Of a DNA stretch of 64,000 nt, positions 18,110-27,397 are shown one piece after another. Within the stretch, counting starts at the first letter, position 1. The number at the start of each line of letters is the position of its first letter. This DNA is from an uncultured virus (IMG/VR IMGVR_UViG_3300032030_000077). Lineage: Duplodnaviria; Heunggongvirae; Uroviricota; Caudoviricetes. Under the pieces are notes generated by a model. The model worked only from the letters and a program-made list of their open reading frames with translations, had not been told where the DNA came from and did not search any database. The translations under genes and the position numbers were made by a program. The stretch is from IMG/VR virus record IMGVR_UViG_3300032030_000077. One strand, 5' to 3'.

Positions 18110-18637
18110 TTATTCGTAATTGCTTATCTCGGTTACATACCACATCGCCTGATACCAAATATCAACATTTCTTAAATCTTCTCTCGGATTGTCTAATACA
18201 AATATTCCTCCATTCCCGCCATCAGCATCGTATTCCCTCCTAATGAATCGCTCAATGCAAGAGTTGACGTAGGCGGGATCATAATTACGATCGCTCTGGG
18301 CTCCAACACCCATATTGACAAGCATTTCCCAAAACCATTGTGATGTTCTGTCTCCTTTTTCACGGTCATGCATGTAACATTCCTCAATTCGAATGGCTAA
18401 TGCTATTAACATTTCAAGGATCGAACAAGGTTTGTCTTGTAATATTTCGCCAAAGCCCAATTCGCGACGTAATCTAATTCCATCCTCTGCTCTATTCTCA
18501 TCTCTGGGAACAGATCGAGGCCAGGTAAAGTCGCAAGAATATAAATGCATAAATAAGTTATTGTATGTTTCAGAACCATACGTGCTCTTAAATATGATTG
18601 AAATCAGCTTGCGACAATACTTTTCTTCAGGAATCAT
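18110..18637 (-). CDS. Hypothetical protein
   Basis: 175-aa ORF directly upstream of the replicase. Confidence 0.8.
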   Translation of the reverse strand: MIPEEKYCRKLISIIFKSTYGSETYNNLFMHLYSCDFTWPRSVPRDENRAEDGIRLRRELGFGEILQDKPCSILEMLIALAIRIEECYMHDREKGDRTSQWFWEMLVNMGVGAQSDRNYDPAYVNSCIERFIRREYDADGGNGGIFVLDNPREDLRNVDIWYQAMWYVTEISNYE

Positions 18638-19239
18638 TCTTCAGACTCGTACTCGTCAGAGTCGTCTTCATCGTAGTATGAGTCTTCAGAAATGTTTATG
18701 CAGTTAACGATCTTGTTCTCTTCATCTACATAAAACACTTCTTCGACTGAGGCGTCAGTCATAGCGTCAACTCCATGCTCGCCAACATACTTCTCGGGGT
18801 TAATTACACGCATACCAGATGTCTCATCTACGAGTGTTCCGTCTCCCTGGTAAAACGTGTATGCTGCTTCATTGAACTTTTTATTAGTTACATAATTGAA
18901 GTAGCTATGTTCATCAACTTCGTGAATTTCCTGATCTTCTTTAACCACCTGAGGCTTCTTTACTTTATTTGTGGAGATCTCATTGTAGTCAATTTTGTTG
19001 TTTGCTTCTTCTGTTACTTTTTCAAATTTAGCGAGAGGCTCAAAGGGCTTGTTGTAATTAGCGGTTGCCTTCTGCCTGACATCCCTGAGAATATCATTGT
19101 CCTCTTTGAGCTCGGTCATCTTAGCCTTAACAGCTTCGATCTGCTCGTTAGCCTTAGTTCTCTCTATTTTACTTGTAACAAAGTAAGAGACTGCCGCACC
19201 AGCGACAGCCCCTACTATAAATCCTATTACACCTTTCAT
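18634..19239 (-). CDS. Membrane-anchored protein with acidic tail
   Basis: N-terminal GFIVGAVAGAAV helix and coiled coil. Confidence 0.8.
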   Translation of the reverse strand: MKGVIGFIVGAVAGAAVSYFVTSKIERTKANEQIEAVKAKMTELKEDNDILRDVRQKATANYNKPFEPLAKFEKVTEEANNKIDYNEISTNKVKKPQVVKEDQEIHEVDEHSYFNYVTNKKFNEAAYTFYQGDGTLVDETSGMRVINPEKYVGEHGVDAMTDASVEEVFYVDEENKIVNCINISEDSYYDEDDSDEYESEE

Positions 19240-19248
19240 AGTTCCTCC

Positions 19249-20214
19249 TTAAGATATCAATGAAGGACAAATTGATCCGCCAGTATTCCAAGTTATAAGC
19301 ATTCCATCAAGAAAAACCTTGGGATTCTCAGGATCAGGAACCGCTACATTCTTCCATCTTGCTCTTATCTCTCCGTCCGGGTGATTAATGTCCCATCCTG
19401 ATACATTATGCTCCTCAGTCCAATAATCCTTGTCGTCGACATCCTTGAAGTACTTGTTAATATCATTCATGTTAACCCTTACATTGGGCTTAGGATTGAT
19501 CAAGTACCTGCCGTTGTCGTCTTTCTTACCGAACAGCTTCCTGTTATAGTTCTTTGCAACATCGAGAATGTGATCAATTCTCCACTCTTCAATGGGGTCC
19601 CAATAAGGATCGCCTTCAACCCAAAGAGTTGTACAGAAAGGATCTATGCTGGCACTCGAAGCAGTCTTCTTGGTTTCCTTGACAACTTTAGTCTTACCAT
19701 TCTTGTCAACAACTTCTTTCTCTTCGGTTATCTCAGATACACCGTTAAATATCTTATCTGCTTCCTCTTCTCCAAGAGCATCATAAACCTTCTGCTTGTC
19801 GCTCATAGCTGCGTCAACAGTTGCCAGAAGAGTTGAAGTAAGAACCTTATTTCTGTGATCATAGATCTTAACTGAACCTACAAACAAACTTAAAGAAAGA
19901 CTTTCAAGTGCTATAGCCCTACCGTAAGTCTGTCCAAGTTTTCCGATAGTTCTTGCATACTGACCGAACATGTCGCGCTTATAATCTTTAATGCTGTAAT
20001 CAGGATTATTACTCTTTTTGGCTTCCTTTATCTTGTCAACCATATCTTTATGCTCTTCAAGAATATCAATAGCCTTAGGTGTTGCCTTAACGGCCTCTAC
20101 GACTGCTGCAACAGAAGTTATTGCCCCTGCAACAGCCATAATCTTAGGTGCGTTCTTATACAGAACTCGTCCAACAGTTGACACTGCGGACACAAGTTTA
20201 AATGGCAAATGCAT
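19249..20214 (-). CDS. DUF6353-like protein (paralog 1)
   Basis: PKI...GAI..V...V.ATPKA N-terminus shared with 21335 and 22132; family name from recall. Confidence 0.7.
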   Translation of the reverse strand: MHLPFKLVSAVSTVGRVLYKNAPKIMAVAGAITSVAAVVEAVKATPKAIDILEEHKDMVDKIKEAKKSNNPDYSIKDYKRDMFGQYARTIGKLGQTYGRAIALESLSLSLFVGSVKIYDHRNKVLTSTLLATVDAAMSDKQKVYDALGEEEADKIFNGVSEITEEKEVVDKNGKTKVVKETKKTASSASIDPFCTTLWVEGDPYWDPIEEWRIDHILDVAKNYNRKLFGKKDDNGRYLINPKPNVRVNMNDINKYFKDVDDKDYWTEEHNVSGWDINHPDGEIRARWKNVAVPDPENPKVFLDGMLITWNTGGSICPSLIS

Positions 20215-20228
20215 AAATATAAACCTCC

Positions 20229-20903
20229 TTAAACATTATCTATAGGCATAGCTTTAGGAAGAACCAGAAGCCATCCTCCAGATACTCTTTGTACTGTTGC
20301 TCCATTCAGACTTGACCAGCCATAGTCATAATCTGTAGGATTTCCTGTGAGACCAACCAGATCATACAGATCCTGTATACGCACAACAGAATATCTATCG
20401 ATTATTCCCTGCATACTCACAAGTACAGATTCAGCGTCAGCTCTTGCCTTTGCTGATCCACCCTGATTTGCAGGATAATCCTCGATCACGATATCGTCAT
20501 AAGAATACTTGCTCGCTGCCTGTGAAGGAGCCGTACTGGGAGCTATTCTTGACGATGATACTCTGTTGTAATCGTACTGCTGACTTACTCTCGATCTTGG
20601 TGCAAATGAATTGCTATTTGATGTACGACGATAAGTTCCACCGCCGCCTCTCCAGAAGTCAACAATATTCATCACCGTGTCAAATATCCCGTTCTTAAGT
20701 GCCGGCATTATTATGTCGGTGAGCATGTACTCCTTTGCATCAGACACATCTTCAGGAATGAATGTCTGTCTGAACAGTTTTCCGATTGTCAGACGATGCT
20801 TAACTTTCGACTGAACAACCGGCTTATTTACAACTCGTGTATCCTCTTTCTTTTCTAATGCTGTCTTTGAAGCATCAGAATTATTGGGTATTCTCGTTTC
20901 CAT
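20229..20903 (-). CDS. Hypothetical protein
   Basis: 224-aa ORF; C-terminal DLYDLVG...D..YGW motif. Confidence 0.8.
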   Translation of the reverse strand: METRIPNNSDASKTALEKKEDTRVVNKPVVQSKVKHRLTIGKLFRQTFIPEDVSDAKEYMLTDIIMPALKNGIFDTVMNIVDFWRGGGGTYRRTSNSNSFAPRSRVSQQYDYNRVSSSRIAPSTAPSQAASKYSYDDIVIEDYPANQGGSAKARADAESVLVSMQGIIDRYSVVRIQDLYDLVGLTGNPTDYDYGWSSLNGATVQRVSGGWLLVLPKAMPIDNV

Positions 20904-20964
20904 TTAAATATCCTTTCGAAAAGCAAAGAGGACTAGATTTCTCTAATCCTCTTTTAGTCGTTGA

Positions 20965-21273
20965 TTATTCAGTTGTAGTAATTTCCTCAGCCTGAGCCTC
21001 AGCAATTACATTGTCTGCTGCAGAGTCATCAGATTCGATCATATTGATCTCGTCTGAGGAATCTGACTGGGAATCAGCCTCCTTCTTTGCTGCTCCGCCA
21101 AGTGCAATACCTCCAACAAATGCCAGTGCTCCAACAACACCGACAATTATCTTTGTCTTGTGCTTAGCGAAGAAGTCCTTTACCGGATGCTTCTCTACCA
21201 TATCATTTGCCTCCTCGTTCTGATCAATTTCCTGATCTGTGTTCTGTCCAAGTTCAGTGTAATTTTCGCTCAT
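20965..21273 (-). CDS. Acidic single-pass membrane protein in its own cassette
   Basis: Transmembrane segment IIVGVVGALAFVGGIALG; promoter at 21315-21340; terminator at about 20919-20953. Confidence 0.8.
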   Translation of the reverse strand: MSENYTELGQNTDQEIDQNEEANDMVEKHPVKDFFAKHKTKIIVGVVGALAFVGGIALGGAAKKEADSQSDSSDEINMIESDDSAADNVIAEAQAEEITTTE

Positions 21274-21314
21274 TCTATTTTCCTCCTATGAACTGTTAAT
21301 AGTTACAACGTACC

Positions 21315-21340
21315 CATTAAATAATCTGTATTTTTTACGA
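21315..21340 (-). promoter_or_regulatory. 26-nt phage promoter motif
   Basis: TCGTAAAAAATACAGATTATTTAATG. Confidence 0.75.
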
Positions 21341-22123
21341 ATACTCTCTGTATTTGGGCGCCTTAGGATCTACTTCAGGCCTGAAATATCCACAAACCTC
21401 GCCTGTTTCGATCTCAAAGTAATCAAATATAAGTTCCGGTGCATCTTTACATACCTTATTTACATCTTCGAGCCTCCATTCCATAGCTCCAGTAGTTCTG
21501 GGATCAAGCTTTGGAAGCTGAAAACACTCAAGATAGTCATTGATGGTCACACTTTGCCGATTCCACAGATCCCTATTGAATACATTCAAACCTCTATCTA
21601 TAAAGTCCCTGGAAGCTCTCAAATATGTATTTGAATAAGGTTCATAATATAAAGTATTACCGGTTCTCGTATTGACCACATTGCCTTCAACATAAGGAGT
21701 TTCCTTGAGATTGTTCTCAGCAACCTTATGCTGTATCTTTTTATACTCTTTTTCGCCCACAACCTCGCGGGTTGCTTCGTCCATTTTCTGAGACGCTTCC
21801 TCCGTTACTTTGCAGGCTGTTAAGAGTGCTGCGGTTCTACCATTTTCGATCTTCCTGGCCCCAAGAATACATACAATTGACAGGATGGTTATTACTACAG
21901 GGAAAATATAAAACTTCCATGTATGCTTAACTACCTCTTTTCCTGTCAGTTTTTCTCCTTTTTCTTCCTCCGCCTGCGCAAGAACCTCTAATGCCTTAGG
22001 CGTGTTCTTAACAGCGGATACAGTAGAGGATATAAAACCGACAATTCCGAATGCTGTAAGTATCTCAGGACTATGCTCGACAATTATTTTGCCGATTTTC
22101 AATAGTCCTTTTGCTATTTTCAT
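21335..22123 (-). CDS. DUF6353-like protein (paralog 2)
   Basis: SPEILTAFGIVGFISSTVSAVKNTPKA. Confidence 0.75.
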   Translation of the reverse strand: MKIAKGLLKIGKIIVEHSPEILTAFGIVGFISSTVSAVKNTPKALEVLAQAEEEKGEKLTGKEVVKHTWKFYIFPVVITILSIVCILGARKIENGRTAALLTACKVTEEASQKMDEATREVVGEKEYKKIQHKVAENNLKETPYVEGNVVNTRTGNTLYYEPYSNTYLRASRDFIDRGLNVFNRDLWNRQSVTINDYLECFQLPKLDPRTTGAMEWRLEDVNKVCKDAPELIFDYFEIETGEVCGYFRPEVDPKAPKYREYS

Positions 22124-22131
22124 GTCTCCTC

Positions 22132-22944
22132 CTACTCATAAATTGGCGATAAATATCCACAGTCTTTTGCAACCTTCTCAGTTAACGGCCAAATACTGTA
22201 TTCGATTACTCGAGTTTCTCTTCCGCCGTTAATTTCCCAGTTCGTTGGAGCATTTTCTGTTCCAGGAACATTGATCTGCTTGAAGTCTATGTCGAGCCAG
22301 TTATAACCTCCCTGGTGCTCGAGTATGTAGTCTTCTGTCCACACAGATTTGGCTGCTTTAGGACTATTTTTTCTTACCTGAGGGAAAATATCACCAAGTT
22401 TTATGCCCTCGTTGCTCAAATGAAGTACTTTATTAGCCTCACATTTAGCGTCGTAGAACTCAGCCATTGTCATTTGAAATGCTGTTTCGCTTAACGGCTC
22501 AAAAAACCAATACTTATTCTCGTCGTGCAAACATGCTTCACGTTCTTCCGCAATTTCTTCCTTGACCTGACTGTCCAGAAGCTTAGCTTTTTCCTCGCCT
22601 ATAATCTCTTTGATCTTGTCTTTATGCTTTGCATATGCTGCTGACAGACCTGCTGTGGTGACTATTAGACCCTTAATCTGCCTCTGAGACACTGCACATG
22701 ACGCTATACCGGTTCCTACAGCCAGTGCAAGCGTTGCAGCCGTAGGCCAGTATACCTGAGCATAATCCTTGACCTTTTCTTTAGTTGTGAGATCAGTCTC
22801 ACCTGTAGGATCGATCTCTAATCTGTGATCATCTAACAGTTTTACGGCCTTAGGTGTCTCGTCAATTGCTAAAAATACAGAGGCAATTGTAGACACGACC
22901 GATATTCCAGTTAATATGATCGGTAATGCACCTTTAAAACCCAT
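22132..22944 (-). CDS. DUF6353-like protein (paralog 3)
   Basis: PIILTGISVVSTIASVFLAIDETPKA. Confidence 0.75.
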   Translation of the reverse strand: MGFKGALPIILTGISVVSTIASVFLAIDETPKAVKLLDDHRLEIDPTGETDLTTKEKVKDYAQVYWPTAATLALAVGTGIASCAVSQRQIKGLIVTTAGLSAAYAKHKDKIKEIIGEEKAKLLDSQVKEEIAEEREACLHDENKYWFFEPLSETAFQMTMAEFYDAKCEANKVLHLSNEGIKLGDIFPQVRKNSPKAAKSVWTEDYILEHQGGYNWLDIDFKQINVPGTENAPTNWEINGGRETRVIEYSIWPLTEKVAKDCGYLSPIYE

Positions 22945-23007
22945 TTTTTCTCCTTTCTAAATATAAAAGACTAAGAGAGCCTGATTTCTCAAGCCCTCTC
23001 GGTTTGG

Positions 23008-23421
23008 TTACTTAACCATTTTGGATATCAAGCCCGGAATTGTTCTTGACACCTGTGATGCGAACATATTACCACCCTTCTCAAAGTCCATTGCGGTGGC
23101 TGTCAGCTTTACTGCTGTGTTCGTACGGTACACATCCGTAGCCGCGTTCGCTGCGTTTCCTGCGAAACGATTGATCTCAGAACCTATTCCAAGCTTCAAT
23201 TCATTCTCACGTACCTTGAGCTCTCTTTCTTTAAGCTCCAGTTCACGTTCATGAGTTGAAATCATGTCTAGGGTCTTTAACAACTCGTTCACATTCTTGC
23301 GCTTTTCAAACGCGTTCTTCGTTGTGGGTTCCGTATCGACGCTGTCTGTAAAGTGATCGTCAATGCAAGACTCCAAGTCGTGAATGATAACATCTTTTAA
23401 CAGTTGTTTTATTCCTTCCAT
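23008..23421 (-). CDS. Coiled-coil hypothetical protein in its own cassette
   Basis: GGAGG RBS; promoter variant at 23453-23478; terminator at about 22965-23000. Confidence 0.75.
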   Translation of the reverse strand: MEGIKQLLKDVIIHDLESCIDDHFTDSVDTEPTTKNAFEKRKNVNELLKTLDMISTHERELELKERELKVRENELKLGIGSEINRFAGNAANAATDVYRTNTAVKLTATAMDFEKGGNMFASQVSRTIPGLISKMVK

Positions 23422-23452
23422 TGTTGTCCCTCCATAACTGATTAATAGTTAC

Positions 23453-23478
23453 CATAATACAACCGGAATTATTTACGT
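23453..23478 (-). promoter_or_regulatory. 26-nt phage promoter motif (ACG variant)
   Basis: ACGTAAATAATTCCGGTTGTATTATG. Confidence 0.6.
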
Positions 23479-23705
23479 TCTTTGTCGCCTGAATCCTTGT
23501 CTTTAAACGGTTCTTTTACCACTTTTATGACAACAAAATTGAACTTAAGCCACTCGTCAAGATCAAAGCGAAGAACCGGCTTAATATCATCAGGATTTCT
23601 ATCATCAAGCCAGAATTCTCCGTTAGTCTTAAAAAACCTGTAAATGAACAAGATGTTAAGAACAATCGACAGAGACAGAGCAAATATCAAGAAAGCTGTC
23701 AGCAT
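23469..23705 (-). CDS. Small membrane protein
   Basis: N-terminal transmembrane helix; AGGAGG RBS. Confidence 0.7.
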   Translation of the reverse strand: MLTAFLIFALSLSIVLNILFIYRFFKTNGEFWLDDRNPDDIKPVLRFDLDEWLKFNFVVIKVVKEPFKDKDSGDKERK

Positions 23706-24343
23706 GCTGTTTCCTCCTTCTTTTCTACATCATAATTAGGAAGCTTGATCTTATAGCAGCCAGCCTTTTTGCTATAGAATATCTTTGCTCCCTCGGTATA
23801 CTTAGGATGACTGTCGATCATTTTCTGAGCTTCTTTCTCAGTTGCAAAACGCATGAGATTGAACTTCATCCAGCGTCCTTCTCTAGCCTGAGTCTTCAAC
23901 AGATTGATCATGTCATCGCCGAAGGGATAATTATGATTATTAGACAGACAATCCATGTAAGACTCGTACTGCTTGCTGTAGAAGAAATTTTTAGCAGTGT
24001 TATAATGCATGGAATTCGGTCTTCCTGTATCCTTATTAAGAATATAAGTAGTCTCTGCCTCACCGAAATCCTTAACTGCACTGCTGATTATTGCTGCGAT
24101 TAGTGTCATTCCTCCGTCACGATCGTATTTGCAGTCTTCGCTGACATTTTCGTACTCCATTACTATGTCAGCAACACCGCCTTTTCCGTAAAGATAGACG
24201 TCCTCGAATGCAGTTCTTTCAACGCCTATTGTTTCGATAGTCTCTCTTGATACTTCAGGATGATCTGCCAAATATAAATCTGCAGCTATATCCCACATCG
24301 ACTTACCCATCTTTCTCTCAGCAATCACTGTCGCTATATTCAT
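23699..24343 (-). CDS. Hypothetical protein
   Basis: 214-aa ORF with GAGGAG RBS. Confidence 0.75.
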   Translation of the reverse strand: MNIATVIAERKMGKSMWDIAADLYLADHPEVSRETIETIGVERTAFEDVYLYGKGGVADIVMEYENVSEDCKYDRDGGMTLIAAIISSAVKDFGEAETTYILNKDTGRPNSMHYNTAKNFFYSKQYESYMDCLSNNHNYPFGDDMINLLKTQAREGRWMKFNLMRFATEKEAQKMIDSHPKYTEGAKIFYSKKAGCYKIKLPNYDVEKKEETAC

Positions 24344-24515
24344 TCTTTATCTCCTCTAAATTCTTATTCTCTGCACACTTTATACACAAATAGTACTTAG
24401 AACCGTTCTTTTCCTTGGTGTAGAACGATCTAAATATCTTTCTACTCATTCCTTCATACGGCTGATCAAATAACTTAATTCCGCATTGAGCACAGCATTC
24501 AGTTATCTGCTCCAT
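24318..24515 (-). CDS. Small zinc-finger protein
   Basis: CAQC...CIKC; start moved to MEQITE after AGGAGG. Confidence 0.65.
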   Translation of the reverse strand: MEQITECCAQCGIKLFDQPYEGMSRKIFRSFYTKEKNGSKYYLCIKCAENKNLEEIKNEYSDSDC

Positions 24516-24642
24516 TTTTCTCCTCCTTACGGCATCCTGCTCTCCACAGAAGTGCTTCCTCCTTGTGCCCATCAGACTTTCCGACCTTATAAGACACATA
24601 AATAGCAACCATGATTGCAACTCCACTAAATACTCTTCCCAT
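24499..24642 (-). CDS. Small membrane peptide (47 aa, not in ORF track)
   Basis: MGRVFSGVAIMVAIYVSYKVG...; AGGAGG RBS. Confidence 0.6.
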   Translation of the reverse strand: MGRVFSGVAIMVAIYVSYKVGKSDGHKEEALLWRAGCRKEEKNGADN

Positions 24643-24907
24643 ACTTAAGTTCCTCCTTCTTAATTAAGTTCTTGCTTATTGTTACCTTTGCAGTAGGCTG
24701 ATAGCCCAATTCCTTCTTAACCTGCCAAACCATATTTGAGTATGCTTTAGCAAGACTAACTGCCTGTGTCTTTAACTTGACATGCGCTATGGTCTTATCA
24801 AAAATGAAAACCGGCCCGTGATAGCTGTACGTGTCTTTGTACTTACTATCAGGAACCGGCGTGAACGATAACTGACCGTTCTTCTCGCGATATAGATTTT
24901 CCTGCAT
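24626..24907 (-). CDS. Hypothetical protein
   Basis: 93-aa ORF with GAGGTG RBS. Confidence 0.7.
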   Translation of the reverse strand: MQENLYREKNGQLSFTPVPDSKYKDTYSYHGPVFIFDKTIAHVKLKTQAVSLAKAYSNMVWQVKKELGYQPTAKVTISKNLIKKEELKYGKSI

Positions 24908-24910
24908 ATC

Positions 24911-25414
24911 TCACCTCATATTAGAATATCCAGCAGCCTTAGAGTTCTTGAAGTTCGGTTTCTCAAGGCATATACATTCGTTACAAGTACCTGCATAATA
25001 CTTATGAACCCAGATCTCTTCATTGAGACCAAGTTCATTCACAGCCGTTTGCCATCTGGTCTTAAAGCCGTCAATGCTTTTTACTTTCTTACCGGATGAA
25101 AGATCGTCTTCCATCTTAAAATCGATACTCTTACCTTTTCCGAGATAAAAATCTTCTACTGCATCGATATACCACTTGAGATCATATCCTCTTCCTGTCA
25201 AAGAACCTCTATAACGACGCTTCTTAGGCTCTTCTGGAATAGATGGATGCATGGCAGCTACGTCAACCATAACTGCATCGACCTTGGTAGGTTCCTTATA
25301 CTTATCAAGAAGCCATACAAAAATATCAATTGCATTAGCTTCCTTTGCCGCACCTACGAGATTGTTGTAACTGCTCTCACCAAATGTCTCTACGAACTTC
25401 TCTTTGTTTGTCAT
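24911..25414 (-). CDS. Hypothetical protein, first gene of the operon under promoter 25482-25507
   Basis: 167-aa ORF; its 5' UTR is the apparent target of the 261-388 RNA. Confidence 0.75.
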   Translation of the reverse strand: MTNKEKFVETFGESSYNNLVGAAKEANAIDIFVWLLDKYKEPTKVDAVMVDVAAMHPSIPEEPKKRRYRGSLTGRGYDLKWYIDAVEDFYLGKGKSIDFKMEDDLSSGKKVKSIDGFKTRWQTAVNELGLNEEIWVHKYYAGTCNECICLEKPNFKNSKAAGYSNMR

Positions 25415-25447
25415 GTTTTACCCTCTTTTCTTAATGTGTGTGTTTGC

Positions 25448-25481
25448 AAAAAGAAATGAAGAGCAGAATTAATCTACTCTC
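25448..25481 (-). terminator. Promoter-proximal hairpin/attenuator
   Basis: GAGAGUAGA-UUAAU-UCUGCUCUU then AUUUCUUUUU, directly after the promoter motif. Confidence 0.5.
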
Positions 25482-25493
25482 CATTACATAACA

Positions 25494-25778
25494 TTATTTT
25501 TTTACGACTGCTTTTACTATGCTGTATATAGCAATAGGCCAAATCGCTCCACCAATAAAACTTACTCCGAATAAAAACATAGCTATTTTTGCATCGTTAT
25601 GTCCAAACATTTCTTCAATATCTTCACGTACGTCTTTTGCTGAATCGCCGTCGAATACAGGGTTAGGCATAATGTCTAATACACTGTTTCTATAAGCGCT
25701 CCAATAAAATGCGCAAACGTTAGTACAGAAATATAAAGCTCCAATAACAACGTATGCAAATACTAAATATTTAATCAT
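25494..25778 (-). CDS. Early membrane protein (2 TM)
   Basis: Two hydrophobic helices; own promoter motif. Confidence 0.75.
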   Translation of the reverse strand: MIKYLVFAYVVIGALYFCTNVCAFYWSAYRNSVLDIMPNPVFDGDSAKDVREDIEEMFGHNDAKIAMFLFGVSFIGGAIWPIAIYSIVKAVVKK

Positions 25779-25886
25779 TTATTGTCCTCTCTTTCTGTGC
25801 TGATTAATAGCCTTCATTAAAGAGTCAAAATTAATTGCGAAAAAGACAAGAGACCAACAACTTGTTAGTCTCTCATCTTACATACT

Positions 25887-26009
25887 TCATAGCTTTTTAA
25901 TGATGGCGATCAATCCGCCAATGCCCAGCAATATCGCTATTATTGGTATTAAATATATCGCCAAAAATAGAAATATAACCCCGGCCATTTGAGCTATTGC
26001 TTCCCACAT
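25887..26009 (-). CDS. Early hydrophobic peptide (40 aa, not in ORF track)
   Basis: MWEAIAQMAGVIFLFLAIYLIPIIAILLGIGGLIAIIKKL; AAAGGAGG RBS; promoter and terminator. Confidence 0.75.
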   Translation of the reverse strand: MWEAIAQMAGVIFLFLAIYLIPIIAILLGIGGLIAIIKKL

Positions 26010-26085
26010 TAAATCCTCCTTTCGTATCCATTAAAGAAATATAATTCTTTACGAAAAGATTTAAAGAGCAAGACCAATGTTCGAT

Positions 26086-26226
26086 TTAGTCTTCCTCGTC
26101 TTCTTTATGTGCTTTCCTGTTAAAACTCTCTCTATAGTTATCATCGTCATGAATCTCATCGAGCATCTGCTCAATTGTCTTTCCACGATAAAGTTCCATT
26201 TCAATTGTGTCGTAAGTATTTGCCAT
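26086..26226 (-). CDS. Early acidic peptide (46 aa, not in ORF track)
   Basis: MANTYDTIEMELYRGK...KEDEED; GGAGG RBS. Confidence 0.7.
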   Translation of the reverse strand: MANTYDTIEMELYRGKTIEQMLDEIHDDDNYRESFNRKAHKEDEED

Positions 26227-26333
26227 AATAGTTTCCTCCGTAAATATAAATTTAGTTACGGCCTTACTCTTTATCCTCTATTCCTCCTTCATTAAATAGT
26301 TAATAAAAATTACGAAAAAGAGAAGAGAGCCAA

Positions 26334-26483
26334 TTAAGACTCTCTCCACATACGTTTCATATCCTCGAGTTCTCTTTCACGTCTTTTACCCTCTTCCATA
26401 CCTTTGGATTCTCCAAACGCATATCCAAGACCAAAGATCACTATTGAAAATACTCCTAATACGATAGTATATGCTAATGTCAT
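26334..26483 (-). CDS. Early single-pass membrane peptide (49 aa, not in ORF track)
   Basis: MTLAYTIVLGVFSIVIFGLGYAFG...; GAGGAG RBS. Confidence 0.75.
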   Translation of the reverse strand: MTLAYTIVLGVFSIVIFGLGYAFGESKGMEEGKRRERELEDMKRMWRES

Positions 26484-26582
26484 ATTAATCTCCTCTCTTA
26501 TCAGAGCACTCATTGCTCTTCATAATATGAGTACATTTTTTTACGAAAAGAAAAACAGGGAGACTTAAAATATAATTTTGTC

Positions 26583-26897
26583 TCAAACTGCTTTACCTTC
26601 AAGTGCATCTATCTCTGTTTCAATCTGATCGAATATATCGACTACGTCGAATTCCCAGTCATTTAAAAACGTTTCACCTACTGGAATTCCAACAGTGAAG
26701 AATACCATGTGATTCTTAGTGTCATACAAGCATCCGGTGTGTCCACCGAAGTTGTAAAACTCGTTGTAATCACGAAGTCTCTTCCTGATTTCATCCATTA
26801 CATGAATGTTCGTCGACTTGACAATAAACGTTACGTCATAATACTCGGTTCCATTTCTATCGATTTTTGTTCTGATGTAATCACAAGTTCTTTCCAT
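26583..26897 (-). CDS. Early hypothetical protein
   Basis: 104-aa ORF; AAAGGA RBS; own promoter and terminator. Confidence 0.75.
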   Translation of the reverse strand: MERTCDYIRTKIDRNGTEYYDVTFIVKSTNIHVMDEIRKRLRDYNEFYNFGGHTGCLYDTKNHMVFFTVGIPVGETFLNDWEFDVVDIFDQIETEIDALEGKAV

Positions 26898-26966
26898 AAT
26901 TTGTCCTTTCCGTCTCCCTTCATAAAAGAAGAAAATATAATTACGAAAAGAAAAGAGGACTAAACG

Positions 26967-27074
26967 TCAGTCCTCATTTAAATGTCTGAATACATATTTG
27001 ATTGCTCCTACGACAATTGCTATCGTAGAAACAACGATCAATACAAATCCGACCATTCCAAATATAAGTGCCAT
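26967..27074 (-). CDS. Early hydrophobic peptide (35 aa, not in ORF track)
   Basis: MALIFGMVGFVLIVVSTIAIVVGAIKYVFRHLNED; AAAGGAGG RBS. Confidence 0.75.
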   Translation of the reverse strand: MALIFGMVGFVLIVVSTIAIVVGAIKYVFRHLNED

Positions 27075-27124
27075 AAAGCGCCTCCTTTCTTCTTCATTAA
27101 AGGATGCAAAAATTTTACGACAAA

Positions 27125-27214
27125 TAAAAAAGAGACTTAGGTTATCTGCTAACGCCCACGAGGGGCTCTTCTTCGAGTTTTCACTCTCAGTGCTTCAAAG
27201 ACTTCCATATCTCT
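27125..27214 (-). ncRNA. Putative structured small RNA C (~90 nt)
   Basis: Between a promoter motif and a U-tract, with no RBS; 5'/3' closing stem AGAGAU/GUCUCU enclosing three hairpins. Confidence 0.65.
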
Positions 27215-27243
27215 CATTAAAGGATGCAAAAATTTTACGACAT

Positions 27244-27371
27244 AAAAAAAGTACGAGAATGACGATCGTCGTTATTTTATCATGGGCCAATTGTCAGGAT
27301 TTCTCCTCAGCCACGATCCCGATTAGTTCCCACTTCTGGGTCTTCAAACTTCACATACCGTTCACTCTCTT
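27244..27371 (-). ncRNA. Putative structured small RNA B (~125 nt)
   Basis: Between a promoter motif and a U7 tract; closing stem GAGAGUGA(A)CGGU/AUCGUCAUUCUC; inner stems CCC/GGG, AUCGUGG/CCAUGAU and GGA-GAAA-UCC. Confidence 0.65.
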
Positions 27372-27397
27372 CATTAAAGGATGCATAAATTTTACGA

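Noticed and set aside
27125..27214. tRNA-like four-way junction or c-di-GMP-II-like 5' end in RNA C
   Set aside because: There is no T-loop (UUCRA in a 7-nt loop), D-loop or CCA, and the riboswitch pseudoknot elements are not in the required order.
27300..27310. CUGAGGA-GAAA resembling a hammerhead ribozyme core in RNA B
   Set aside because: There is no stem II between CUGANGA and GAAA; the sequence is better explained as a GGA-GAAA-UCC tetraloop hairpin.
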